Part shown: positions 11,768 through 26,177 of the stretch, piece by piece
Layout of the letters: each line of letters starts with the position of its first letter
How positions within the stretch are numbered: the first letter of the stretch is position 1
Source: Phoronis australis
Taxonomy: Eukaryota; Animalia; Phoronida
Direction: 5' to 3'
Length of the DNA stretch: 64,000 nucleotides
Assembly (NCBI GenBank): GCA_002633005.1
Contig: NMRA01000555.1
Span: 99,514-163,513 of the forward strand
The notes under the pieces: model-generated
The model's input: only the letters and a program-made list of their open reading frames with translations
What the model was told of the DNA's origin: nothing
Database searches by the model: none
Made by a program: the position numbers and the translations under genes

Positions 11768-14700
11768 TAGATTTTTATAGGCTTCAATAATTACATTCAA
11801 AAGTGATGAAACCATTAACATTAAAAAATACAAAATTACAGTCTTATTTGATTTAACTTATATTTTTCCTTCTGTATACTTTGTGTTTCATTCTTGCCTT
11901 TTAGGAAAAGTAAATGGGATTTTCAACATGCATTACACCCTACAAGTCGGGTACGTGTTATGAACTCTAACTTTGTATGCCAGTGGATTTGTCAAAGGGA
12001 AACAACGCAGATGACTCAAAGCAAGAGTGTCCTCCCAATGGAAAACATTGTTTAATGGTAACACAGTGAACTACTTAACACAAGATGGAGACCAAACAAG
12101 GATTAAAATATACGTGAATGTTTTTATGCGAGAAGTAGCTAAGGAAGACTTAAGGAGTAATGCAATGCGAGGACAGAATGCCAGGTACAAACGTCAGTTC
12201 ACAGTTCTTGTCATATTGGGTTAACTGCTGAATCCCCTGCAATAGTCCTATATAACATGCAAAATTCTGAGAACCACTTTGCCGGTTGCGGCAGTGCCTT
12301 GCTGTTTGCTTGGTGTTGGTGTTGAGCTGTGCTATAGAGAAGTGGTATATGAACATCGTTATTTAAACTTTGCTTCAATTTGTAAATGAAAGCTATGTGA
12401 ATTTTTCATTCATTTTTATGAAATTTGCAGTTTTAAGTCCAAACCTTTGGCATTCCGTCTGTATGTCACACAAAGTCGTTGGCATAATTTTTGTCGCTCA
12501 TAGCACGATGTCGGAGACATAGTATTCACAAAGGTCTGTCTGCATGTCACACCATGTCCTTGGCATGACATCTCTAAAGGGAATCTATTTTTTTCATATT
12601 TTGCACTGAGATGTAGGTGGGACTTCTCCAAGCGCCATTTGATATTGTTTTGAATAGGGATTCTGTCATGCTCTTAAATTCCCCTTGTATTTTTACAAAC
12701 ATTATTAATAGTTGAGTTTTGTGAAGCAGTTGCCAGGCTTATTTTTTGTGTCATGGTTTGCTCATTTCTTTTTGGTCTGGCCCTCTGGTTCATTTCTAAT
12801 GTTGAGGACCAGGCCATTGACTTGTTGCTGCTGTTAGTTTTGTAATTGTTCTCATCTTAAACAAGTGTTGTATAATATTAAAAGGGTTTTGTAAAGTAGA
12901 TTATTGTACATAGTTCATTAATACTTAGACTTATTGTACACTCTGCACATGCCATGCTGATGTTTAGTGTATACTTTGTTTCAGTGATTATTAAGTAATT
13001 CTGATGTTGATATAAGTTGATGCAATGTGAAGTTTCACTTTGTATTAAAATAATAAGAAATAAATAACTCTCTGCCTGTTGCATGTAACAGATGTGTCGA
13101 TGGCTTTGCTTCAACACATCTTGGCCACAAATTTGGCAGCAGTCAAGCTATATTCTTTACACCTTCACTTGCTGGTAATGTTTGTTTTGAAAAAATTAAA
13201 ACTGAGAGGGGGGAGAGATCTCTTATTTATGCTGCTGCTGTAATAAAGAATTCTCTTGGCCCAGAAATTAAATGCCCCAATTCAATTAATACTGTTAAAC
13301 TTAATAGTAAAAAGTGGCTGTAATTTTCTTAGCCATTCTTACACTTTACCTTTCTTAATTATGTCATTTTTCATTATTGTTCATGCCCTCACTATTTAGT
13401 ATCATCTCTTTATTTCATCTCTCCTGGTCAAAATTTCACCCTTAACTTGTTATTAATTGCTGCTTTGTTACCTGTATCTAGTTATTGTTTCATGTATTAC
13501 ATTCTACTGTATTGCATCCTGATGTTGAAGGCCCCTTAAAAGCATATTTTGGCTAAAAACAAATGTGATTAAAGATATGCATCGGTTTCTTCTATTATCA
13601 CAATTGTAATGGTCTGTTTTTACCTTGTTGTTGGTGTTGTTGCCGTTGTTCACATATGCGCTGATTTTAAATTTCGTACTCATATTTTGTCCCAAACAAA
13701 TGCGATTAAAGGTATGCATAATTTTTTCTATCATCACAATGGTACTGGTATGTTTTTACCTTCAACAATAACTATTTTGTTGATCATATTTTGTTAACTT
13801 GGAAGCTCATAACCTAAACATGTGTATATTATGTAAGTTGAGGTATTTATATATTTTGATGGGCAGCATTTACAGATGTGTATTTTTTAACAGATCTCAC
13901 TTTGTCCCTAGGTTCTCAGTATAATTTTTTATAAACTAGAGTATTGTACAGTGATGTTTATTTTCTGGGTAAAGTTGTTTCCTTTTTCCTGTTATATCTA
14001 TTTGTATGCATGTTTTAAAAATAAAAACTTGTGTGATTAGATATATTGCTTATCTTTCATATTATTTCATTTATTGTAAAATAATTGCAATGTAAGTGCA
14101 ACCAACCTATTGGGATGTAACGTTTCTACAAAATTCATTCTCAGCCAATATAACTACCATGTAACAGGTTTCTGGTTCCTCCATATGAAAATCCAGGTCA
14201 AAAAGAAGGTCACAAGTAGTCCTATTCAGTTGGAGAATTTTATGATGCCATCTTAACTGAGGCAGGCCAGCCAGCTGGCTCTCTATTGTGTTGGCAGGGA
14301 ATGGGGTAATTGAAACTTGCGCTTCAGTTAACAATTCTAATTGGGTTTTGGCTTGAATTTTCAGCAGGGATAGATTAGTCATGACAAAAGATGACATTTC
14401 TTGTTCAAAGAGAATTAATGACACATGTAAAAATGACGCAAGATTTTCTACTCAAAGCTCTTGAAATATTCAGTTGCGAACCAATGAAACACGCATCAAG
14501 GTTTTGTAGGAAAAAACATTTACTGTAACGTCCCATATTGACAATTTCTTATCTTTCGATGTATTCAGTAATCAATTATTAGACACAAGATGAATCAAGT
14601 TTAAGGTGTCATTGGTGTAGTGTATAAGTTATTAGATTTTTGTTTCTTTTCTTAGCCCAAATCATGCTGCTAAATATAACTCTTTTCAATTCCACACTTA

Positions 14701-15140
14701 TTACAACATAAAATGGACGGCCCTATGTACACCAGTAAAATTATTTTACTTTTTTGTAATTTTAAAGCTTCATAGTTCTAATTGAAATCCGGAGGATATC
14801 ACTCTCTAGGGAGTTATTGTCTAAACACAATGGACTCTATTCACAGCAAAGCGTTGGTGTTGTTTTTATTTTGACCTTTTATTTCTTATCTGAAGACCGT
14901 AGACTCTGTTCACAGCAAAGCATTGCTTCTGTTTTCTATATGTTATCTACAAATACTTATTAATAAAAAGTCAGTTTTTAACACCGGTAAAAAGTTTACA
15001 CAATTCGCTCAAATTTTCAGTGAACACCCATCCTACAGGTCTATGGTCATGCGTTAGGTTGTCTAGCGGAAAATAAACTGCGTTCCTCCTCCACATACCT
15101 CCAATAAGATGTTTTTGGGGATTGTTCTAAACTTATTAAT

Positions 15141-15445
15141 TATATCGATAGACTTACTATCTCTATCGATACTTCATAACTCTGTCGATAGATGCATTAA
15201 CTCTATCGATAGACTAATTAACTTTATCGACAGACTTACTAACTCTATCGAAAGACTTAATAACTGACTTACTAACTCTATCCATAGACTAGCTACATGT
15301 ATCTCTATCGATAGACGTACTAACTCTATCGATAGACTTGCTACATGTATCTCTATCGATAGACTTACTAACTCTATAGATAGACTTATTAACCCTATCA
15401 TTAGACTTACCAACTCTATCGATAGATTTAGTAACTCTATCGATG
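15141..15445. repeat. 21 bp minisatellite (tatcgatagacttactaactc)n
   Basis: About 14 degenerate tandem copies. Confidence 0.92.
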
Positions 15446-15742
15446 TGTTTGGTACTAATGCGATGTTTCATGTCCCACAACATAGGCATAGCGACAGGCG
15501 CTATGGTTATTTACATGTAAACAGACAATTTTGTATGGATACCATGATGTTTTATATCTGCCATACCTCTAACAGGGGATAGCTAAGGAATAATAATCAC
15601 TGGTCACTTGTCTCGGCATACAATGCAACTATAGACACGGCTACAGGTGTGTCTCATTTAGGCTTGATCAGGTATTATCACAGGGTGCACAGACCCTATA
15701 TTTGGTTAGTGAGGTGCAGTTGGACCTCGAAATTAGCGCCCA

Positions 15743-18700
15743 TTTTTACTCTGCCCGTGCAATCGCAGAGTACTGTTGTTCCTGGGTTTTCTTTTTATTC
15801 TTATTCTTCTCCTGATCAACTTTGACACTTAATAACTCCAAATTGGATGCTGGTACGTTCTTTATGTCCAGCATATATTTTTGACAATACATAAATTCTG
15901 ATTCGTTATATAATCATATTCCATATTGCATCGGAAGAGGTCGTTTGGTGCAAAGGTCATATAATTTTCAAAATGCTACTCCTTTAAGTTTTAAAACTAT
16001 TTATTTCAAATTCGGTGCACAGGTATAAGTCAACAAGACAATTAAAAAATAATATTTCTAAGTAATCGAATCATCCAATCAAATAAAACAGGTCAAAAGT
16101 CATTAGGTGCAAACTAAATTTTTGAGCTAGACGCTTCAAATTTACAAGTCTGATTTGTACGTTTAATTCAATTCGAAATCCATAATTTCAGGTCATTAAG
16201 TGCGACCATGGCGCCATTAAGTGCATTTTTCTTCTGAAAATTTGTCCTTTTCATTCACCAAGTATTCTCATGTGTCAAACGTTAGACCAGTGTGATTCTC
16301 AGCGTTAAATGTACTTTTCACGGACTTTGCAGTTAGTTCTACTAAATTGGCTTGTAATGCACTGGATAGGTCATTTAGAGCAAATGTCATCTACTTTTGA
16401 AAAGGTTATTTCTCCTACACTTTTAAATGAATTCTCTTCAATTCCAGCACATTGGTGTAAACCTACATGCCAATGAAATACCTTACTTTACTAAGCAATA
16501 GGGCCACCCAATCAGAGAAAATAGGTCAAAGGTCATTGAGTGTAAACTAAAATTTTGAGCTAGACACTTCAAATTCACAAGTCTGATTGGTACGTCTAAT
16601 TCAAATCGAAATACAAAGTTTTAGGTAAGTTAGTGCAACCATGGGGTCATTAGGTGCATTTTTCTTCTGAAAATTTGTCCTTTCATTCACCAAGTATTTT
16701 GATGTGCTAACCGTTAGACATCTGTGATTTTCAGCATTAAACACACTTTTCACGGGCTTTGTAATAATTCTCCTGAAGACGTTTATAATGCGCCAGATAG
16801 GGTCAATTAGTGCAAAGGTCATCTAACTTTCAAAATGTTTTAGCCCATACATTTTTTAAGGAATTCTTTTCAAGTTCAGCACAATGGTGTAAGTCACCAT
16901 GCCAATCGAACGCGCTACTTTACTACACAATATGCCTAACCAATCAGAATAAAGGTCGAAGGTCATTGGGTGCAAACTAAAATTTTGAGCTAGAGACTTC
17001 AAAATTACAGACTTGTTTATTAAATGTGATTGAGTTTGAATTTTAAATTATCAGGTCATTTGGTACACCCATGGGGTCATTAGGTGCATTTTTCTTCGGA
17101 AACAATGACCAATTCATTCATGTTGTATTCTGAAGTGCTTAAAGTAAAACATTAGCGATTCTTAGCATTAACCACACTTTGAATCGAGTTTACAATTATT
17201 CCCTCATCCGGGCTCATAATGCACCGAAAGAGGTCAAATAGTGGAAAGGTCATCAAAATATTAACATGTAATTTTTCCTACAATTTTAAAGAATTTCTTT
17301 TCAAATTGGTAAACGGGCTGCTGTCAGTAACTTCCAATAACAATTCATTTAATACGCACGCGCAGAGTCGATTATTGTCACGCCGTGACAATAATCTTTC
17401 TAGTTCATATTCTTATTCTTCTTCCGGCCAGTTTTGAGGCTTAATAACTCCAAATCGGGTGCAGGTACATGTACTTTCTTTAAATTGAGCACATAAATTT
17501 TGACAGTGCATGCACTTTGATTTGTTATATAATCATATTCCATATTGCACGGGAAGAGGTTGTTTGGTGCAAAGTTCAAATAATTTTCAAATTGCTACTC
17601 CTTCTTCAGTTTTAAAGCTATCTTTTTCAAATTCGGTGCACAGGTATAGGTTAACAACACAATTTAAAAATAACTTTCTAAGTAATCGAATTTTCCAGTC
17701 AGATAAAACAGGTCAAAGGTCATTAGGTGCAAACTAAAATTTTGAGCTAGGCTCTTCAAATTCCCAAGTCTGTTTGGTACTTCTAATTCAATTGCAACTA
17801 CAAAGTTTCAGGTCATTTAGTGCAACAATGGGGTCATTAGGTGCATTTTTCTTCTCAAAATTTGTCCTTTTCATTCACCAAGTATTCTGATGTGTCAACC
17901 GTTAGACAACTGTGATTTTCAGCATTAAATATACTTTTCACGGATTTTGAAATAGTTGTACTAAAGAGGCTTGTAATGCACTGGATAGGGTCAATTAGTG
18001 CAAAAGTCATCTACTTTTGAAAAGGTTATTTCTCCTACACTTTTTAAGGAAGTCTCTTCAATTCCAGCACATTGGTGTAAACCTACATGCCAATGAAATA
18101 CCCTACTTTACTAAGCAATAGGGTCATCCAATCAGAGAAAATAGGTCAAAGGTCAGTGAGTGCAATCTTAAATTTTGAGCTAGACACTTCAAATTCAGAA
18201 GTCTGATTGGTACGTCTAATTCAATTCGAAATACAAAGTTTCAGGTCATTTAGTGCAACAATGGGGTCATTAGGTGCATTTTTCTTCTCAAAATTTGTCC
18301 TTTTCATTCACCAAGTATTCTGATGTGTCAACCGTTAGACAACTGTGATTTTCAGCATTAAATATACTTTTCACGGACTTTGCAATAGTTCTAGTAAAAT
18401 GGCTTGTAAGGCACAGGATAGGGTCAATTAGTGCAAAGGTTATCTACTTTTGAAAAGGTTATTTCTCCTATACTTTAAAGGAATTCTCTTCAATTCCAGC
18501 ACATTGGTGTAAACCTACATGCCAATGAAATACCCTACTTTACTAAGCAATAGGGTCATCCAATCAGAGAAAATAGGTCAAAGGTCAGTGAGTGCAATCT
18601 TAAATTTTGAGCTAGACACTTCAAATTCAGAAGTCTGATTGGTACGTCTAATTCAATTCGAAATACAAAGTTTCAGGTCATTTAATACAACCATGGGGGT

Positions 18701-19467
18701 CATTAGGTGCATTTTTCTTCAAAAACGTTGTCCTTTTCATGCACCAAGTATTCTGATGTGTCAACCGTTAGACACAACTGTGATTCTCAGCATTAAACAC
18801 ACTTTTCATGGGCTTTGCAATAATTCTCCTAAAGACGCTTATAATGCCCCGGATAGGGTAATTTAGTGCAAAGGTCATTTAACGCTCAAAATTTTGTGTC
18901 TTCTGAGATTTTCAAGGAAATCTTTTCGATTTCAGCACACTGGTGTAAGTAAACATGCCAACTGAACGCCCTACTTTACTACGTAATAGGCCAAATCAAT
19001 CATAAAAAATAGGTCAAAGGTCATTGGGTGCAAATTAAAATTTTCAGCTATAGACTTCAACATTACATACATGTATCTGTTTAGTAAATGCCATTCAGTT
19101 TGAATTCTAAATTATCAGGTCCTTTGGTGCACTCAAATGGTCATTCGGTGCATTTTTCTTCAAAAATTTGACCAATTCATTCATGCTGTATTCAGAAGTG
19201 CTTAAAGTAAACATTTGTGATTCTTGGCATTAACCACACTTTTAATCGAGTATAGAATAATTCCCTCATGGGGCCTCCCAATGCACTGAAAGAGGTCAGT
19301 TAGTGGAAAAGTCATCGAAATATTAACATGTAATTTCTCCTACAATTTTAAAGAATTCCTTTTCATATTGGTAAACGGGTTGCTGTCGGTAACTTCCCAT
19401 AACAATTCCTTTAATACGCACGCGCAGAGTCCATTATTGTCACGTCGTGACAATAATCTTTCTAGTT
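15743..19467 (+). mobile_element. Tandem pair of Helentron/HINE-like non-autonomous elements with internal about 430 bp satellite-like repeats
   Basis: 5' TTTTT-ACTCTGCCCGTGC..GCAGAGT. Two nearly identical 3' ends, GCACGCGCAGAGT + hairpin ATTATTGTCACGnCGTGACAATAAT + CTAGTT, at 17356-17405 and 19418-19467. Internal units with aaaggtcatt.ggtgca motifs repeat many times. Confidence 0.82.
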
Positions 19468-22400
19468 TATACCTTGCAATTTTATGGTTTAAACGTTCGT
19501 TCTGGATTGTCAGTATCTTGGTAAACAATATAAGCCTGAGCTTGTTTTCAGAGTATTTACCGAAGAAATTACATATTCGTCGGTTCCTCGCACTCCTACT
19601 CAAAAATGGAATCTTCCATCCACAGTAGAGTAGTTGAGACGATTACACTTTGCGGGGAATGACATTTGTAACGTTGAAAGGTCTTTGATTTGGTGACGTT
19701 GTTTTTTTAAGTTTTTGGCTTTCAAACTTGTCTAATCGACTCTCTTAATTGCAAAAAACAGGGAATGGTCAGCCGAGCTCACCGCCCGATTTTTTGGTCC
19801 TGCAAGTCAGCTCTAATTTTGTTCTGTGTTCAGATCGAGTCAAGCTTATGTAGACAGGGTTGAAGGGGTTGTGGGCCGTGGGGGTCCTGGGGTCCTCGGG
19901 ATCGTGGAGGTCGTGGGTGTGGGGGTGGAGGAAGTTTTAGAACAACCCCTTTTTAGGCGAGTTCAACTGACGCGGTTGAATTCAAGCACGCGTAAATCGC
20001 CGTTTTGATAATTCTATAATCGGTCATTGACAGTCACCAATTTTATACACAGGGTACGTGTTGCCTATGAGAATTTCAAACGTACGGCTGGCCGTCACTC
20101 ATATACATGTAGGACCGGGGCGTCACATCTTAAAACACCGAAATAAAAATAACCCTTCTCCCTAACTAAACCACCACGTCACGTTAATAAAAGTGCCTTT
20201 CGAGCATACAGGAAAACCTTCGGGGGGCTACAGTGGGTCACAAAATTCAAATACTGACTTCTGTCTGTGTCAGTCTGCTCAAGACCAAAGGTAGTCCAGA
20301 CAGGAGGCAGAATGGTTCCTCATGAGCGGTGTAGCACTGAAAAAAGTGGGTCAATAGCCCCACTGTCCCCCTCTTGGTGCACCGTGGGTGGCGCAGCACT
20401 GAAGAAAAGTGGGCTATAGCCCTCACCTCTAGCCCACTGTGGTGCGCCGCCCATGGTCCTGTCTACCTTTAAGGTAGACCCCGGCAATATATTGAGGAAA
20501 TTTCATGTACTGAGGGATTTTCGATGAGATTTGAGTTGGGATTTCTTGCTCGCTTAAGTGTACAGCTCCCCAAACAACCATCCGGATGTCCGAGATCTGT
20601 TGAAATTGTTTCGGACAAACACCTCGTTACTTCAACGTGAATGTAACTTACTGTATTTAATTCATCCTTTCGTTATGCATACACCTTACTGCTAATAGCA
20701 GTTCGGAAATCATTCGCTAGGTTGACACCACCGTTCATGGCAGAGCAGTAGCGGTAATATTTGGGAGTTCACTGTGGGAATAGTGTATCAATTGTAGACC
20801 ACGCGTTATTGAATCAGGATATTCCTGGGTTTAAAATATTTTTTCAAGATCGAAGGATGTCATTTAGCACACCCAAACTCAAAAATTAGTTGAAAGTTGA
20901 TTCGAGAGTCCGAAGGCCCAAGAGTCCGAAATGAAAGTCCCCTGATCAACTCTAATGTAAATTAACAATTTTTAACTTTCGTGAATTCCGTGATGCTTTA
21001 AGTTTGTCATACAGTATATCCGACATCACAATGCATATATCTAACGTGGAAACATATTTAACTAGTCTTGCTGAAGGCAGGATACACTGAAGTGCCCTAC
21101 CAAAATTGAAACCGCTAACTTTGAAATGCCAGTTTCTACGAAAGAAAGTCTTCTAAGAATATTAAAATGCAATAATTTACAAATTCCGTCACCGATGAGT
21201 ACAAATTTTTATTTTTACGGCATATGTAATTATTTAGGTCCACCCGCCGATATTCGAAGATATACAAGAAACGTACCGAGAATGTCGTGCATGAAGTAAT
21301 ATCTCACGAGACATTATTCTGCGTATCAACCGAAACCGAAGAAACAGTTTTAAAGGAGAATGCCACCCAAAAAACAACCTATTTTGTAAAAATTTAGATC
21401 GAGTAGTGCCACTCGATAACAGCAAGTTCAGTTGTTTTACCTGACACCTAACGACAGACGGAGGTGTTGAAATTAAATGATGACGTAATCGGTTCGAACG
21501 CAGTCTGTTCAGCCGTTCCCAAATCGGTAACTGGTCATTTTTACACTGATCGTGGCAGGATATAACATCCGATTAGCTGAATGAAGACCGATTCCAAAAC
21601 ACTTGTCGGGCCACATGTTAAAAATCTTCCGATCACAACCATGTTTTCTTCATTTGAAACTGTGAGAAGTCCAAGCGTGCGTGAGAGAAGATTTTAAATT
21701 TCTCGGTAGAGGGACGAGCATTACGTACATCAAAGTAAGGCCGGGGAAGGATAGGAACGGCTCGAAATAATATGTGGAAGCGGGTCTGATCTCTTTGCAA
21801 GCAAATAATTACACAGTGTGGGGATAGGACAACACGCCGACAGTGCCAGGTGCTTGATCGGGGGGAATTCAGACCGGTGAGAGACGAATATCCTCCATGT
21901 ACTTTGGAAATCCCGACAGGAAAGGAAGTATGAGTTTTTTGCTTTTTGAACGTTAAAAGCCTGTCATTTATTTACAGTAGTTCACATTAAATTTAGACCT
22001 CAATAAAAGCGACCCGGGTCATATTTTAATATTTAAAAGTTACCCGGGGTCGTTTTGCAATTCTGAAAAGGCGTATTGGGGCACTGCGAAAGTATTGTAC
22101 CACCCCTAAGAGCGACACGTCCCTATATACTCCTGAATATACTGTATTTGCTTCCAGCGACGTGAATTCAATCATAATTTGCGCGATCTTACTGATTTCT
22201 CATGAAAAATTAAATCGTTCGCAGTGGAATGAAAAGCGTGCAACCGTAGATGCCACTCGGGATTCTGCCACTGGTTGCGATATTTTCTGTTAGATAATAA
22301 ACGCGCTTAGAAAAGGGCAATATGCCCCGTTTGTTTACACGGCGACTAACCGTGTCACGTGACTAGAAACACTGTCCAATATTGCGTGAAGTTCTCAGCT

Positions 22401-22929
22401 GCAGGTCGGACTGTAGTATTGATATATCTATGGCCTAAGTGGTCTGCGGCGGGTGTCTTATTGTTTTCTTCTAGGTAGCAGCTCATGTTTTCTTTGCCAA
22501 GTACTTCTTGTCCACCTGAGGGTATTCCGAGCCGCTGTTGTCCATAGTGTTTACTGATGAAAGATTCAAACACACTTATAGTATAGTCACAGGGTTCAAA
22601 GGTCAGACCCCAAACTGAGTACAGCCTCAACGTAAACTGAAAGGAAAAAATAAAATGCTCTCCAAATAACGTAAGCAAACACACGATACAAACAACAGGA
22701 AAATTCAAATAGACTACAAAGTTTACGCAGCTAAAGAATTCCTAATGACATAAGCTTCGAACGAACAGATACTAACTTGAGATAGCGTGTGGGCCACAAA
22801 TTCTAAATTGAATTCTACATGACAGTACCACCAACTGAGTCCAAAGCCAGTCACGCCATAACTGATGACGTAAGGCATCCACGCTGCTCGGGTCTGAGAG
22901 GTTTTGCCGGCTCAGTCGAAAAGACAATC

Positions 22930-24610
22930 ACTGAAATGTGTAAAGTTTAGAAAATGATATTATACAGCAACATGATTAACCTTTTCCATGGGACAAAACT
23001 GCTGAACTGGTTCAGCAAGTGGCTGATGATTTAACAATAGGCGAGTTGTCAATTGACCGTACACACCGCCTTGGCAGAAAACAGCAAAACAGAAATCGAC
23101 CAATAATCGCATAAGTATCGGCGGCAAGCAAATCTAATCTCATGAAGAAGCGTAGAGACCTGCTAGAGGGGGTACATATAACTGAAGATTTCTCATGGCG
23201 AGTTAGAGTGGCCAGGAAAAAGTTATAGACATTCAAAATGGAGAACAGGATGGAACATACTAAAATCACATTCGACAAGATGATCAACGGTAAAGAAACC
23301 TACTACTACGACGAAGAACAAGACGTGGTCAAACGAAGAACAGATTTTCGAAGGTCAGCTGACAGAGGTATCAATGATGAAGCAGACCCAGATGCAGAAT
23401 AGCAATTTGATGAACAGAGCATCGATTTGAATATAGGATCCTGGAATATAGAAGCACTGGGCTTCAAAATGGAGTCGTCTTCTCAGGAAATATATGAAAT
23501 TGTTGAGTCATGTGATATAATTGGTTTCATTGAATCATTACAAAAATCACCAACAGAATTTGATACGTTTTTCTACAACTATACTGTCCACTCTGCAATT
23601 CACCCCCTTGGTGGGAAATTATCACGAGGCGTCACTGTGTTAGTAAAAAATAATTTGGCACAGAATGTAACGCGCATGAATTATGATTTAAAAGATCGTG
23701 TCTATTTACACATAAAAATATGAACCCCATAGCAAAACGCCTCATGTCATTATAGGTTTTGTGTACCTGCCTCCAGAGGGCTCTGATTATAGCCAAGAAA
23801 GTGACTTGGAGCAGTTATATAGTGGCATCATACATTTCAATGTTTCAGGTAAACAAAGCCAAGCCAGATTAGTTCTTGCAGGTCATTTCAATGCCCGTAC
23901 TGGCACTGTCAATGACTTTATTGCTGATGACAGTAGAAAATATGTCCCTGTTATAGAAGAAAGCTGTGTCTATTTAGAGGATGATTTCGCCAAACCAAGG
24001 AAAAACCAAGATGCCAAAACTAGTAATTTTGGTAAAAATTTAATTGATTTGTGTATGGGTGATGGTATCCACTTTGTTAATGGTAGATTGAAATATGATC
24101 CTGATGGCAATTTTACTTTTGTTTCGATGAGTGGTTGTAGCACCATTGATTATGTTCTTGCCGAGACATCGTTGTTCGAGTACATTCAAGATTTTAAAGT
24201 GTTGCAATGTGATTTATCGTTGCATTTTCCTTTAATTTGTACCCTCAGTACCTCTGCAAAATTTTGTCAGAAAGTTGGTGGTGAACCTTATAAAACATTG
24301 CAAAAACGAGTAAGATATAGATGGCATAATGAGAAAGCAGGTGTATTTTTAGAAAAATTACAAAGCCAGGAAGGAAACGATCAGTTTCGAGAAATTATGA
24401 GCTGTGTTGATATTGACATAAATGAGAGTGTTAAAGGCTTAGTAGACTTACTCCAGTCATGTGGAGCGGGCATGAGGCAAGACAGATGTGTAAGTGAACC
24501 ACGTAGACCTGCATGGTTTGACAGTGAATGTTAAGGGATGAAACTATAAAAGAAGCGTCTACTGCGAAAATTTAGGGCGTCTCGGAGTGACTTAGACCTG
24601 AGAAATTATC
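22930..24610 (+). mobile_element. Degenerate LINE (CR1/L2-like): L1-type ORF1 C-terminal part plus ORF2 AP endonuclease, truncated before RT
   Basis: ORF1-like SIDRTHRLGRKQQNRNRPII...HITEDFS..VRVARKKL. APE motifs IGSWNI, YLPPEGS, GHFNARTG, STIDYVL, SLHFPL, PAWFDSEC. In-frame stops and frameshifts. Confidence 0.88.
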
Positions 24611-24687
24611 TTGTGTAAATATTCTGAATATACGTTTGAATTTATGTATTTATGTCTGAGTAGGCAAAGCCTACGATGTACAATAAA

Positions 24688-24766
24688 CATTATTATTATT
24701 AACAATATTATTATTATCATCATCATCACCATCATTATCATCATTATTATTATTATCATTATCATA
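24688..24766. repeat. (ATT/ATC)n microsatellite
   Basis: Direct reading. Confidence 0.95.
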
Positions 24767-25433
24767 AACCGACAAGACGATCAGCTGTCAAGGGGGCCGT
24801 TCTCCGGCGAGCCATTACATCACTGCATTCCCAAAATTTTTAGTTTGGGCCTACAAATTCCTTGACCCGACGCCACATGATTTATTCTGACAAAAATATT
24901 TGAGGCATGTGTTCGTGTGAAACACTTGAACACTAAGTAGAGAAAAATTAATAGAAACCCATGGAAATCATGAGCATACAAACAGCACTATACGTGCATG
25001 TGGAGCCGGGTCACTGTGTGCAAAAATTGACCAAGCCAATTTGAATAAAAGTTGGGAGCAAAATTTTGCAAAAGGATAAGAGTTATAGAAACTGATAAGT
25101 TAACGTTAAGTATTTTAATGAAAAAAGAAGAATGCACACCCAGTAGTGATTGGTCAGACACGCACGTATACATCGGTTAGCCGTGTGTGCCGGTGAACAC
25201 CAGTCTCCTTGGACGGCCGAGACCGGAGGTCCGAAGTATGCATTTGCACAGACCCGTTCTCGAAAGGTGATTGGAATTGTCTACTTCAGGTTATACCAAG
25301 AAAAAATAATTACATCAATATGCAGACGTTTTTTCAAAAAATAAAACGCATGTAAGGGGTGCTGAGTTGTCTCAAGGAAAATTACTTCAGTGATACGCTC
25401 ATAACTTTACTTTAACTATCAACAGTAGTATTA

Positions 25434-25790
25434 CAGTGGCGGATCTAGGATATCACTGGTAAGGGGGACAACACTCTGTGTCGGGCATCCCGTCCAAAAT
25501 ATAGAAATATAGGGGAGCTCGAATTTCTGAGAATGTGGACCTTTCATTGAAAAACAAACGCAGGACTAAAAAACATCTGGTAAACGATTATCTGTCTCAG
25601 ACATTTCCAATAGGGTCTGTACCCCCCCGCACACACCCACACACAAACTACAACTGCCCACCTTAAACATTGTGACAGCCGCATGAAATTTACCGGAGCT
25701 AGTTAATAAGTTCAATATTTCCTCACGCTCCTGCTGTTTTATTTTTTGCGGCAGCCAAGGAGGGACTGCCCCTCCCCCCTAAATCCGCTT
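25434..25790. mobile_element. hAT-like MITE (CAGTGGCGGATC terminus)
   Basis: cagtggcggatctagg... and ...ccccctaaatccgctt degenerate TIRs; related termini at 32280-32430 and 61567-61760. Confidence 0.6.
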
Positions 25791-26177
25791 ATGTATTACT
25801 TGTCCTAGTACCTAATTCATCTCAGCGTGGTGAGCTGGTAATTTGTACAGTTTGAAACGACATGGTCTCACAGTTGAGACAGTTGTGTCCTAGACTCTGT
25901 TGTAAAACAACACGCCGGCTGCAATGTATATAAGCTGAACATCAGTTTTCAAAATACATTCGCATTATTAATTTTTACCAATATTTTTTTTGTCAATAAC
26001 AAGCACAGAACGAGAAGAACAACAAAAATGTTCACACAGAAACAACACAATGCGATACTGTAACCATTTCAAACAATAAAGTTTTCATTTATTTCAAAAT
26101 ATATTTACTTCAAAATATCACCATCACGCAGTAAAATCCCACCGTGAGTGTAAAAGGGAAATATCTACCTGGTAGGC

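Noticed and set aside
15174-15489. Repetitive ORFs (SLSIEL / SIDRV repeats)
   Set aside because: Translations of the 21 bp minisatellite.
15743-19467. CRISPR-like regular repeats
   Set aside because: The intervening sequence is itself repeated, there are no unique spacers or cas genes, and the context is eukaryotic.
24611-24865. Poly-Ile ORF
   Set aside because: Translation of the (ATT/ATC)n microsatellite.
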